The position numbers and the translations under genes were made by a program. The notes below the pieces were generated by a model that was not told the DNA's origin, did no database searches, and was given only the letters and a program-made list of their open reading frames with translations. Shown here in pieces: positions 25,431-36,259 of a stretch of DNA of 64,000 nucleotides (the stretch's first letter is position 1; the number at the start of each line of letters is the position of its first letter). The stretch comes from Azolla caroliniana (taxonomy: Eukaryota > Plantae > Polypodiophyta): positions 11,346,001 through 11,410,000 of the forward strand of contig JBHGNT010000009.1 in assembly GCA_043228905.1 (NCBI GenBank), read 5' to 3'.

Positions 25431-27628
25431 TCCGAGGATTTGCCTCCGAGACTATCTCGATTCCTTTCATGATTGGCTCGCACCGTTAGGAATTGGACCG
25501 ATCTTTGGTTGTCAAGACTCTTTATTCGTGCGAAGGCTGCTCCATTATCGAACACTTTGGTCTCCATCCGAGATGATGTGATATAAGGTTGCCCTAGGAT
25601 GACAGGATGCGACGTTGATTATTGTACGAAGAAGTGTTGATCCATCTCCACATCGCCGATCGTGACTTTGACATTGGGACAAGCTCCGTACAAATCCTCC
25701 GTAGACTTTGTTGCCGCGCGAATCTTCCATCCGTGGTTTGTATTGATTGGCCATCTTCCTTTTTTGTAGAAGTTGGTTGACATGAGGTTGATCTCCGAGC
25801 CGTGGTCGATCAAGGCTACCACGGTCTCTTTCTTCTCCCTGATCTTCACCGGCGTCTCCGTTGTCGCTCATGCCCAATGAGGTCGAGTGTAGTGGCTGTC
25901 CACCATATCTTCATCAATTTCGTCTCTTGCCATCGTTATGGCATTCGTTTTTGCTTTTTGCGGCTTCTCTTCTTCCTCGTCTGATTGTTGTCTCTTTCTC
26001 TTTACAAGGTCCACGATCGTGTCATGGAACTCCTTCTTTGTAATGCCAAGCAATTCCCTCAAGGACAAAGTTACGTTGCTATCAAGAACTTGTTCTTCGA
26101 GAATCTTCTTTAGGTCCATCGTCTGCTCTATGTCCGACCTTAGCTTATAGGTAGGTATAGTCCTTGTCCTCCGAGTGGGGTCTTCGACACCAACCTTCAC
26201 GGGCCGAACCGTTTCTTCAACTCGTATGCTTGGCTCCCCTTTTCGGCTTGATTCTCGTTCCTCTATTTGTAAAGGCCGACTCGTCTCCGTATCGTCCTTC
26301 TTTTTCGCGTTCCTTGTTTCATGTCTTTTTGATGGGCCTTGCTCTTCTATTCTCTTTCTCTTTTCTTCGACGAACACCACGTGGTTGTCGCACATCACCT
26401 CTGCGAGTATGGTGTTGTCGTCCACCGGATCCGACCACCCGGTTATGCTTTGCACGTTTCGGTCCGCAAGCTCTACCTCGTTCGATGTGACTTTTCCCTT
26501 CTTCTCATATTCGAGAACGGAAGTCCAAAACTTTGCTCCCGCTCTAGCAGCTTCAGTCTTGTCTTTCCCAACTCTTATTCCGGCCGACGCAGCATAGTGC
26601 ATCGCATCCACATGAGTCGCATCGGCATCCTCCATAGATTTCTTCATTCCTCCTCTTCCGAAATTCACCCGTAGGGGTCTTCTAGTCTCGCTTGAGCAGA
26701 TCATGTTGTCCTCTATGTATACGATATTTTGTCGAATCGCCTCTCGAAGGCTCGCACAATCCCTTCTCATGTGGTCCATGCTATCGCACCACACGCATCT
26801 AAAGGGTTCTTTTCCTTTAGGGCCCCGACGATTCATGTTGGCTAGAGTGACCTTCTCGAACTTCTTCGCTAGCTCTTCAATGATGTCGTCATCAATCTTC
26901 TTTTCTTCCACGTTACTTTGTCTTGGCGGCTCAGCTACTTTCGACGGTCTTGCTTTCTCCGTGGTAGTCGGTCTCGTCAAGTCGGTGTCATCAACCCATT
27001 GGTGACGCTTGTCGAGCCTATTGCATGCCTGCTTCACCGCGATCCAGTCCGCTACGAGCCCATTTGCTTGGGTATCATCTTCGAGAAGAGTCCCCAACTC
27101 CCGTCTATCCTTTATGTCCAAGGCCTTCAAGAAGTACAAAGTATTGTCCTCTTCAAGCAATACTTTGTCCGTATTGGGGAGACGACTAAACATCTGGTCG
27201 AATTCGTCGTACACCCTCGAGACGCTCATCTTCTTATTCTTCTTCTCTATCCACTTCATGAGGGCATGTCGAGTCATCCTCGTTGAGTCTTCAGTCACGA
27301 ACTCCGCTAGTATCGTTTTCTCGAACTTGGACCATGTTGTCTTTCCTTCTTGAAGCTCGATGACGCGTCTTTGGATGTTGTTGGCGACAGCTCTCTTGAA
27401 GCTTGCGATTTGACGTGCCTCGAACACGTCCCTTTGATTCATCTCCCTCTTATATGCATCAAGGAACTTCGTAATGTTCCTTCCATCGAATTGGCCCTCG
27501 AGCTCTACGACACGATCGACAGCCTTCTCCACGCTCGCGTCGTTGTCCCGAGATCTCATCATTTGCTCAACGATTAGCATCATCCTTTCGAGCTCTCCTG
27601 CTTGGTTGCTTGAAGACGCCATCTCCAA
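25424..27628 (-). pseudogene. gag: D gag-protease
   Basis: 586-aa gag ORF with CVWCDSMDHMRRDC; LIDHGSEIN protease; ends at GGATTTTTAG. Confidence 0.9.
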
Positions 27629-27689
27629 GTATTAATCTCGACTTGATCCTTCCTACCGCCTCTTTCACGTCCAGTTCACCACTTAATTA

Positions 27690-28625
27690 TGTCGTGAAGA
27701 TCCGTCACTACGCGCGGATCGTGAGGCAGAACCGCCGGGGTTCTGGACCAGAAGGATTTAGAGTCGATACAAGCTTTGGCGAGAAAGTACTTAAGATAGA
27801 TTGGGAAAGAGAGAAGTTGAGATTACACGATTGATTTGAAAACGAATTTCTTCCTCTTAATTTTCATAAAAAAAAACCGTGTTTTTTCTCCTCCCCCTTC
27901 CCTCTTTTATAGATGCTCTCATGCATATGATGCATGTGAGGGTACAAGACATGCATAAATTGCATGTTTGCCATTTGGCGCTTAAGTATTACATGTGGTG
28001 CATGCTAACCATGTCACTCATTTTAGCTCTCATGTATGAGAATTTACATGTAAAAGTACAATGATAGAAATATAATTTCAACTAAATAGCATGGCTTAAT
28101 GGTAAGCCAATTGACTCCTAACTTGGGGGTGCAAGGTTCGAATCCATATTTGCCCTCCTTGTATATGTAAATATGTATATATATTTATATATTTACTTAT
28201 CTAGTCGCCGGATGTCATCGGTCGCCGGATACTGGTGCCGGATGCCGCCGTCGGATCACCGGCTCCATCGCTGGTCCGGTTTTGGTTGGCCAAAACCCTT
28301 TACGAGTAGCTAGCCACCTCCACTCTTAGTTCAAATAGACACAAAGATAATATCTTTTGCTCCACCTTATATACGATGAGAGCCGTATTTGTCGTGCCTA
28401 TGTGGGATATCTCACAATTTTCTCTTTTCTTTTCACAAACTTTATACCCTCATATCTTGACATTTAGTTGTCCATTTCTCGTGTAATAAAGTGCATTCGA
28501 AACCTCCATCATTTTGTACTTAGATATTAAAAATGTTATCTTCACAATTATTGTATTCCGTGATTCATACTCGATTTCGTACGTTTTATGGGTTTTTCAC
28601 ACTATTGCCGAAGATCTTCACGACA
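27690..28625 (-). repeat. D 5' LTR
   Basis: TGTCGTGAAGAT...ATCTTCACGACA terminal inverted repeat; adjacent PBS. Confidence 0.93.
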
Positions 28626-28629
28626 ACGC

Positions 28630-29514
28630 AGAAATCGGCCAATCCTCCGCGCCGACACAGCAACAAGTCACCGGCAGCCAATGGCTATGGTGGATCGGTG
28701 AGAAAATAGCCGGAGTGGTCCATTATATGGAAGTAGAGGAGAGAGCACAATTAGACCGGTTGCTAGCCACAACTGGAGAACTAGAGAAGGCTTGGTGAAG
28801 GATCCGGAGCATGGAACAAGAATTAGGTATAGCCAATGAAGAATTGGTTAAGATGGTCATAACAGGACCCAGGACAAGAACCGGTGGCTCAGGTACATGT
28901 ACAAAATAATGAAACCCGGATATAATTACAGCACAAGCACAAGAGCTTGTCGTTCTCAAAGCAGACCTAGCCACACAAGAAGCATTATGGGCTAGGGAAA
29001 GAGAATTAAAAATGGCGGTGGAGGAGGAACAATGGAAGACTGCTGACAACCTCTGCCGAACAGAAGAAAGTCTACGGAAAGGACACCAAGCCTATCACCG
29101 GCTTAAGTAAGAGAAAGAAAAGGTGTTGCAAGAGAAGGATAAACTCCGACGGATGGCGGAAATAGAGATAGAGAGGCTCAAAGAAGAGCTTCAGCAGCAA
29201 AAGGATAGGGAAGACCGAGCTTGCCGCCAAATTAATCAGAAGCTGAAGCAGAAAATAGAAGATTTTGACCGCCTGCACCGAGATTATAAACATGTTGAGA
29301 CAGAATACAAGAAGCTCATCACCGACAGCGACCAGCAGCAGGAGAAGATGTTCGAGCTCTGGAATGAAGTGCAACGGGCGGAGACGGCACTAGCGGAAGA
29401 ACGGGCTGAGAAGGAAACCATACGAGCTGAAGTGGCGTAGGAACGCCTGGAACTCCAGATGCACCATCAGGTGGAAATGGAACGTGCCACCATGGTCTTA
29501 TAAAGAGTGCAACC
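28630..29514 (+). pseudogene. Element A extra ORF, part 2 (coiled coil)
   Basis: E/K/Q/R-rich heptad-like ORF fragments lying between D and J. Confidence 0.6.
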
Positions 29515-32500
29515 TGTTGGAGACAAAGTCGTCTTTGCGGAAGATCAAGGAGCATTCGATTGCTGTTGAGTACCTGTGTATGACAGTTTCTATGTCGTTG
29601 CACAGAGAGAGAGAGAGAGAGAGAGAGACACAAAAGACTCTTTATTCACAAAGCAATAATACAACACCCAACCTTACTAAAAGGTTACAAGGTCACTATA
29701 TATAGTGACCGACTTAGGGCAACTACCCTTTATGCTAATTACATAAATGGCCAAAACAGGATAGTGTGAATACGTCCATTATACACATGTATTCGACACT
29801 CCCCCGTAATGGGCGTATACATGGGTTATCTAAGATTACAGGTATAGACTTAGGTTCTCGGACATATCAGCTTTGTTCGAGTCGGCAGGGTCCGAAGGCA
29901 GAAGACCGAACTGGTCGGGTCGGAACAGTTGAAGCCGATCATTAAGGAACTGATGTCGGTTGTCGGGAACCATCCTGCTCTGTGTCCGGCTCTAACCGGA
30001 CTGGTTTGTCGTTACGCCCATCTGATGCCGAAGAGACCGAAAACGGTCTGCCGAAAGACACTTGGTCATTCCATCTGCGACATTGTCGGTTGTGGATATT
30101 TTCTCTAGACCGATTTTCCCTGAAATGACGCAGTCCCGAACGAAGTGATATCGAACGTCGATATGTTTGGAGGCGTTGTGGTGAACCGGATTTTTCGACA
30201 AGGCAACAGCACCTTGACTGTCGCTGTAGACAACTGGAGCCGAGTCATGGTCGACTTGTCGAAACGTGTGCGCCAGCCGACCGAGCCACAAAGCTTCTTT
30301 TGCTGTGTCGGACGCAGCTACATATTCTGCTTCGGTCGTTGAGGTCGCTGTGCACTCCTGAAGTTTCGACTTCCACGAGATTGCTCCATTGCCGAATTTG
30401 AAGCAGTATCCGGTTGTTGATTTCCGACTGTCTATACAGCCGGCGAAGTCCGAGTCGGTGTAACCGACTACGCCTGAGGTTCGGTTCGGACCGAAAAGAA
30501 TGCCGTGGTCTTTTGTGCCAGCCAGATATCTGAACACATGCTTGACTGCGTTCCAATGCGATCGGCCAGGATTGTGCATAAATCTGCTAACGACTCCTAC
30601 GGCGTGAGAAATATCAGGCCGTGTCGCGACCATCAGGTACATAAGGGAGCCGACTGCCGGTGCATACGGTACCGACTTCATATCTTCCCCCTCCGGACCG
30701 GATGTCGGGCAGTCTCGCTGAGAGAGCCGAAGATTCATTGGGAGCGGGGTTGAAGCAGATTTGGCTGATTGCATGTTGAAGCGTTCCAAGACACGTCGGA
30801 TATAGTCGGTCTGAGACAAAAAAAGATGTCGTTTATCGCGATGCCGACTAATCTTCATGCCGAGTATGTGTCGTGCCGGACCGAGGTCCTTCATGGCAAA
30901 CTTCAACCGCAGTTGCCGAATGAGATCGGCAAGTTCGCCCGCGTGGCGTCCAGAAATTAGCATGTCGTCCACGTAAATGATGAGGAAGATGGGTGATCCA
31001 TCTTGAGCTGTGTTGGTGAAGAGACAATGGTCCTCATCGCTTTTTGAGAAGCCGATCGATTGGATGAAGTCGTCGAACTTCTTGTACCATTGTCGCGGTG
31101 CCTGTTTGAGGCCGTATAGACTCTTCCTGAGTCGGCAGACTAGATGTTCTTGGCCAGTCGCCACGAAGCCTTTTGGCTGTTCCATATAAATTTCCTCGTC
31201 AAGATCACCATGGAGGAAGGCTGTTTTGACATCTAGCTGAATCAGCTCCAAGTTGTCGGCTGCCACTACGCCGAGCAGAAAACGAAGGGTTGTCATTTTC
31301 ACCACTGGTGAAAAAATCTTGTCGAAGTCGACGCCATATTCTTGTCGGAAGCCCTTCGCAACTAATCTGGCCTTGTACTTTGGGGTGGTCGAATCAGACG
31401 TCTCTTTTAGTCGATAAACCCACTTGCAAGGAAGAGCACGTCGGTTCCTAGGTAATTCGACCAGATCCCAAGTCTTGTTTGCCCGAATGGAGTGCATTTC
31501 CGACTCCATCGCCAGATGCCAGGTGGCGGAATCGACAGAGGTCGATGCTTCTTCATAAGACGTCGGTTCGCCGGCGTCGGTGAAGAAAATTCCAGGAGAA
31601 TACCTCTCCGGAGGTTGCGACAGTCTCTCGGATCGTCGAGGTATGATTGGACTGGTCGCATCGGGTATCGAGGTCGGATGGTCCGAAAGCGGATTGTTCT
31701 GCTGTGCCGAGTCGGGGTTGTCCGAGTCGGTAGTGTAAGGTTCAGCTACCCGTGAAGCTGACCGTGTGTTGAGAGCGGGGCCTTCTTGAAGGGTCGGCAC
31801 ATCGGAAAATGTTACCCTTCGGACTTCGATCGGTTTTTCGATTGATGGATTCATAGCCGACTCGTTGAACACAACGTCCGAACTTCGGACGATTTGTCTG
31901 CGTTCGGGATCCCAGAGTCGGTATCCCATTTCGCCGTCTGATCCATATCCAAGGAAAATGCATTTCCTGGACCGAGGTGCAAGTTTTCGGCGATCATCTT
32001 TCGGGATAAGGGCGTACGCCTCGCATCCGAAGATCCTCAGCTTGTCGTAATTCGGCTTACTGCCGATCCATAGTTCCTGAGGAATTTGAAGTCCTAGAGG
32101 TCTACTTGGCGACATATTGATTATGTGTACTGCCGTGAGTAGAGCCTCTGCCCAGAAGCCATCCGACAGTCCGGAGTGTTGGAGCATGGAAACTATCCTT
32201 TCTTGGATTGTCCGATTCATTCGTTCGGCAATCCCGTTTTGCTCCGGGCTGTGTGGTGCCGTAAATTCACGTCGGATGCCGCGTTGTCGGCAAAATTTGA
32301 CGAATTCGTCGGATTTGAACTCTCCCCCATTGTCTGTCCGAAGGCATTTCAGCTTTCGGTCGGTTTGATTTTCGACCATAGCGAGCCAATCGGTGAAGTT
32401 CGAGAAGACCCGATCTTTGGTGCGAATTGGATAAGCCCACACCTTTCGAGTCGAATCGTCAATAAAACTGACGAAGTAAGAGGCACCGCCTAGAGACTGA

Positions 32501-34783
32501 TGCGGCATTGGGCCACAGACGTCCGAATGGACTAAATCAAGAGGTCTCGTTTCTCTTGGTGCTGATGTCGGGTGTGATGCGGCTACTTGTTTGCCATACT
32601 GGCAATGCTCGCAGAATTGATGGTCGGAGAAGGAGAGTTTGGGGATGTATCCGGCTCTAGATAGGTGCGTGATGCCGGCCTTGCTGAGGTGTCCTAATCT
32701 TCGGTGCCATAGTGATGACACAGGAATATCCACCAAAAACAGGTTACCCTCTCTGAGCGTAACATGTAACGGATACAGGGAGTGTATCTTGGGTCCTCTA
32801 GCAAGCAGGAGGTTCCCCCTGTGGAGTGTCCACCCTCCCGAAGAAAAACCGGCACGAATGCCGTCTTCATCTAGTTGTCCGACTGAGATCAATGGCCTTG
32901 AGAGCTCGGGTACATGTCGGACATTGTGGAGTACAAGTGTAGAGCCACCTGCAAGGTTGAGCTCTACTGTGCCGATTCCGATGATGTCACAGTGTTGTGA
33001 GTTGCCGACTCGAACTGAGTCGGAGTGACGGATCGTATATTGCCGAAATTGGGATCGATGAGGAGTCACGTGAAATGACGCGCCCGAATCTAAGAGCCAT
33101 GTGCTCGATTCTTCAGTCGTGAGTAGAACTTCTGATCCGACTGGATTTTCGATTGATAGTATATTCGGGTCGTCTGGTAGCACATCAGCTGAGAAGCTGA
33201 CGTAATTGATCTCCTCATGCCGGCCACTCTTCTTGTTGTTCTTGTTCTTGAGTGCGCGGCAGTCGGCTTTGATGTGTCCGGGTTTCTTGCAGTAGTTGCA
33301 GATTCGGTTATCCCGTGACTGGCTCCGTCTTCGCTGATTGTTCGGCGGTCGTGAGGAATCTCTTCCTCGTATGTTCGATCGGTCTGTCGAACCTTGTACT
33401 ACGTAAGCGTCGTCTGTTGAGTCTTTGGCAAAAGACTTTCTCCGAGCTGCTTCGGTCAGAATTGCGCTCGTGACTTCGGAGTATTTGACAGCCGTGGTTG
33501 ACGCGTTGCACACGGTTGTGACGAAAGTTTCCCATGAAGAGGGAAGGCTGCTCATGAGTATCATTGCTCTGAGTTCATCCTCGATTGTCGTCCCCTGTGA
33601 CGAGATTTGGGAGCTTATGCTTTCGTACTCATTGAGGTGTGCTTGAACCGAATCGGATTCTTTCATCCGCAAGTTGTAGAGGTGCCGGATCAGAAACATC
33701 TTCGTTGCGGCGACCTTCTTTTCGTAAGTGTCCGACAGTGTTTTCCACAGTTCGAATGCTGTCGTACACGATTGCACCGTAAAGTATACCGATTCCGATA
33801 GGTGCATCCGAATCGTGGCGCGGACGATTCTGTCCAGCTTCTGCCACTCAATTGGTTTGTATCCTTCTGGAGGTTCTTCATTTTCGATGGGATCGATTTG
33901 CCCCTTGACTATGAGATAGTCCTGCATTTGCTCCTTCCAGAAGTTAAAGTTCGATCCATCGAACTTTCGTAGACTCATTTCTGACGAGCCGGATGTTGAT
34001 GCCATCAAATTTGGTTTCGGTTGGCGGAGCTCGGTTCGGAGTTGACTACGAACCTTGAAGGAGTGCAGCCGGTTGGCTCACCCGATATCGTTCTAGTCGG
34101 ATTTGAACCCGAGTCGGTTCGGCTTCGGATATATGTATTTGTTGAACTTGCTCGAATTGACTCCGGTAGGTTGAGGGACAGAACCGACTGGTCTTCCCGG
34201 ATGTTGCCGAGTCGGAGTGAGCCCGGTTCGCTTCGGATATATATGCCGAATACCGATTATTGAAACCGATTATCTGGACCGATTTTGCTTCGGGTGGCTG
34301 CAGCGACGAGAGAGACAGATCCAACTGATCCTCTCGAATGTCGATCAGCCGGATGAAGCACGAATTGGGGTTGTTGTCTTGAGACCGATCTGCACCGAGT
34401 GGTTACAACAAACGGCGAGCAGCGTTTGTTGACTACTTCGGATGCCGTTTAACCGAATGGAGCACGATCGTGTCAATGATACACAAGGGGATTTCACCTC
34501 GAGCGGTTACGATCACAAGGAACAGAGTACAACCTGATGGCTTACTCCAAGCAAGAGGATCTAACGCGATGAGGTGCAAAACCTCGTTTTTCTTTTGTTC
34601 TTCTTCTCTCTTTTTCGAATGACGCAGGAAACCGAATGCTGAGACGACGGCCGACAGCGGATTGAAGGACCGACTACTGTGCAGGCTCTGATACCAGATG
34701 TTGGAGACAAAGTCGTCTTTGCGGAAGATCAAGGAGCATTCGATTGCTGTTGAGTACCTGTGTATGACAGTTTCTATGTCGTT

Positions 34784-34814
<31 letters not shown>

Positions 34815-34982
34815 CAAAAGACTCTTTATTCACAAAGCAATAATACAACACCCAACCTTACTAAAAGGTTACAAGGTCACTATATATAGTGACCGACTTA
34901 GGGCAACTACCCTTTATGCTAATTACATAAATGGCCAAAACAGGATAGTGTGAATACGTCCATTATACACATGTATTCGACA
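29515..34982 (-). mobile_element. Element J: intact, young Ty1/Copia (Tnt1-like)
   Basis: 284-bp LTRs at 29515-29798 and 34699-34982 that are essentially identical, perfect TSD CAACC, Met-i PBS TGGTATCAGAGC at 34685-34696, PPT at 29799-29806. Confidence 0.97.
29992..34008 (-). CDS. gag-pol: Copia Gag-Pol polyprotein, 1338 aa (gag-PR-INT-RT-RH)
   Basis: Uninterrupted ORF with CNYCKKPGHIKADC, WLLDSGAS, HSDVCGP, TDNGGEF, DVKTAFLHG, YVDD, YTDSDFAG and KHIDVRYHF. Confidence 0.97.
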   Translation of the reverse strand: MMASTSGSSEMSLRKFDGSNFNFWKEQMQDYLIVKGQIDPIENEEPPEGYKPIEWQKLDRIVRATIRMHLSESVYFTVQSCTTAFELWKTLSDTYEKKVAATKMFLIRHLYNLRMKESDSVQAHLNEYESISSQISSQGTTIEDELRAMILMSSLPSSWETFVTTVCNASTTAVKYSEVTSAILTEAARRKSFAKDSTDDAYVVQGSTDRSNIRGRDSSRPPNNQRRRSQSRDNRICNYCKKPGHIKADCRALKNKNNKKSGRHEEINYVSFSADVLPDDPNILSIENPVGSEVLLTTEESSTWLLDSGASFHVTPHRSQFRQYTIRHSDSVRVGNSQHCDIIGIGTVELNLAGGSTLVLHNVRHVPELSRPLISVGQLDEDGIRAGFSSGGWTLHRGNLLLARGPKIHSLYPLHVTLREGNLFLVDIPVSSLWHRRLGHLSKAGITHLSRAGYIPKLSFSDHQFCEHCQYGKQVAASHPTSAPRETRPLDLVHSDVCGPMPHQSLGGASYFVSFIDDSTRKVWAYPIRTKDRVFSNFTDWLAMVENQTDRKLKCLRTDNGGEFKSDEFVKFCRQRGIRREFTAPHSPEQNGIAERMNRTIQERIVSMLQHSGLSDGFWAEALLTAVHIINMSPSRPLGLQIPQELWIGSKPNYDKLRIFGCEAYALIPKDDRRKLAPRSRKCIFLGYGSDGEMGYRLWDPERRQIVRSSDVVFNESAMNPSIEKPIEVRRVTFSDVPTLQEGPALNTRSASRVAEPYTTDSDNPDSAQQNNPLSDHPTSIPDATSPIIPRRSERLSQPPERYSPGIFFTDAGEPTSYEEASTSVDSATWHLAMESEMHSIRANKTWDLVELPRNRRALPCKWVYRLKETSDSTTPKYKARLVAKGFRQEYGVDFDKIFSPVVKMTTLRFLLGVVAADNLELIQLDVKTAFLHGDLDEEIYMEQPKGFVATGQEHLVCRLRKSLYGLKQAPRQWYKKFDDFIQSIGFSKSDEDHCLFTNTAQDGSPIFLIIYVDDMLISGRHAGELADLIRQLRLKFAMKDLGPARHILGMKISRHRDKRHLFLSQTDYIRRVLERFNMQSAKSASTPLPMNLRLSQRDCPTSGPEGEDMKSVPYAPAVGSLMYLMVATRPDISHAVGVVSRFMHNPGRSHWNAVKHVFRYLAGTKDHGILFGPNRTSGVVGYTDSDFAGCIDSRKSTTGYCFKFGNGAISWKSKLQECTATSTTEAEYVAASDTAKEALWLGRLAHTFRQVDHDSAPVVYSDSQGAVALSKNPVHHNASKHIDVRYHFVRDCVISGKIGLEKISTTDNVADGMTKCLSADRFRSLRHQMGVTTNQSG

Positions 34983-34987
34983 CAACC

Positions 34988-35654
34988 AACCTATTAGAAT
35001 CAATTGGTGCGCTACAAGGACCAGGAGGTGGTAACTACCAACCTGATCAAACAATTGAAAGATGAACGGCAGGCCGTAGAAGACAAATCAAAGATGGGGT
35101 TGGAGCGGATCCAGTGCATTGGACATGCATGAAAGAATCGAACGAAGCGCTTGATTGAAGACAGCTCAACATTATGGTGGTCAAAATGGGCGAAACATGT
35201 TGTCGAGCTACAATTGCTGAGGGCAGACGCGGAAAACTGGCAAAAAGAAGGCGATGAGTTTGATAAACTGGAAAAGGAAGACTTTGTTGTCGTGAAAGAT
35301 GAATTGGCGGAGGACTTCATAGCGTTGGCTGATGAGTAGATAACGGTGGTCCGGCAACTAGTGGCACAACTAGACGATGATCGGCTGGATAACCAAATCC
35401 AGTTTGAAAGTTACGAAAAGGAGAGGCTACGGCAAGAGGCGACGAAGAGCACGGCAACAATCAATCTCAGTGATGAAGAGCCATCGTCGAAGCAAAGGAC
35501 GGACAAAGACCAGGCTAGGACAAGCCAACCAGATTTAACTCAGGAAGAGCAGCCAAGGGAGGAATGTCCGCAACAACTGTCGACATCAAGAACCGGTGAG
35601 CAGTTATCGGAGGAGCAACACCCAAAAGAGCCGGCGACCACACAACAGCTATAG
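34988..35654 (+). pseudogene. Element A extra ORF, part 3
   Basis: Acidic/coiled-coil ORF fragments continue after the J TSD. Confidence 0.55.
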
Positions 35655-35820
35655 GAGGAGCAACGCCCAGAAGAGCCGTCGACCGCGCAGCAGCCGGAGC
35701 AACGGCCACAACTAATGGAGTAGCAACAGCAGCAGCAGTCCGATCAGCCTTCCGAAGAACCCTTAGAGCCCCTCGATCAGGGCATTTTGGACAATTTAGA
35801 CAAGGATTGAAGGCCGGATA

Positions 35821-35861
35821 GTGGGATTCGAAGTACAAGGTACTGTCCCACGGGTGTGCCA
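35821..35861 (+). other. A tRNA-Arg 3'-half mimic at the PPT position
   Basis: GTGGGATTCGAAGTACAAGGTACTGTCCCACGGGTGTGCCA, 2 nt before the LTR; no purine tract. Confidence 0.75.
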
Positions 35862-35863
35862 TG

Positions 35864-36259
35864 TGTTAGCCAGCCGGCAAGGAGTGGAGGACAATCCAAA
35901 ATGTGAAAGGGCAAGAATAATCGGAAGTTGTTATTAGGATATTAAGTAATTAAGTATATTTTGAGAAGTGAACGAACGGACCGGAATTGGTATGCCGATC
36001 CGGATCCGGACCGGTTCATAGTAGTGTGTCGGTTGGTACCTTTTTGTATGCAGAGCCGGTGATCTATAAAAAGGCCCGGTTACATTGTAAATGGGGACGG
36101 ATAATTAATAAAAGCTCTATTGTCTTATCTCTGTGTATTGATTACCGTTCTATGCTAATTACTTCCTATCTTATGCGTGTATTAAGATTCATGATATGTT
36201 CCTTAAGTAACCAATATAGGTCTGATTAATCGTCGGTCTAACTCTATCTCACCGTAACA
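35864..36259 (+). repeat. Element A 3' LTR
   Basis: TGTTA...TAACA ends; plus-strand TATA (CTATAAAAAG) and AATAAA. The partner LTR is outside the window. Confidence 0.75.

Larger units (their letters stand above)
17682..28625 (-). mobile_element. Element D: full-length Phygy-like Ty3/Gypsy, contains E
   Basis: LTRs at 17682-18821 and 27690-28625, Trp-like PBS at 27664-27681, PPT at 18822-18838, probable 4-bp TSD GCGC/ACGC. Confidence 0.93.
1..36259 (+). mobile_element. Element A: non-chromovirus Ty3/Gypsy (Athila-like) LTR retrotransposon; 5' part lies outside the window; interrupted by B, D and J
   Basis: The order gag-PR-RT-RH-INT, extra ORF, 3' LTR is recovered once the inserts are removed. 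The RNase H frame resumes across B (ARWTL|LLQEFEF). No chromodomain. Confidence 0.85.
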
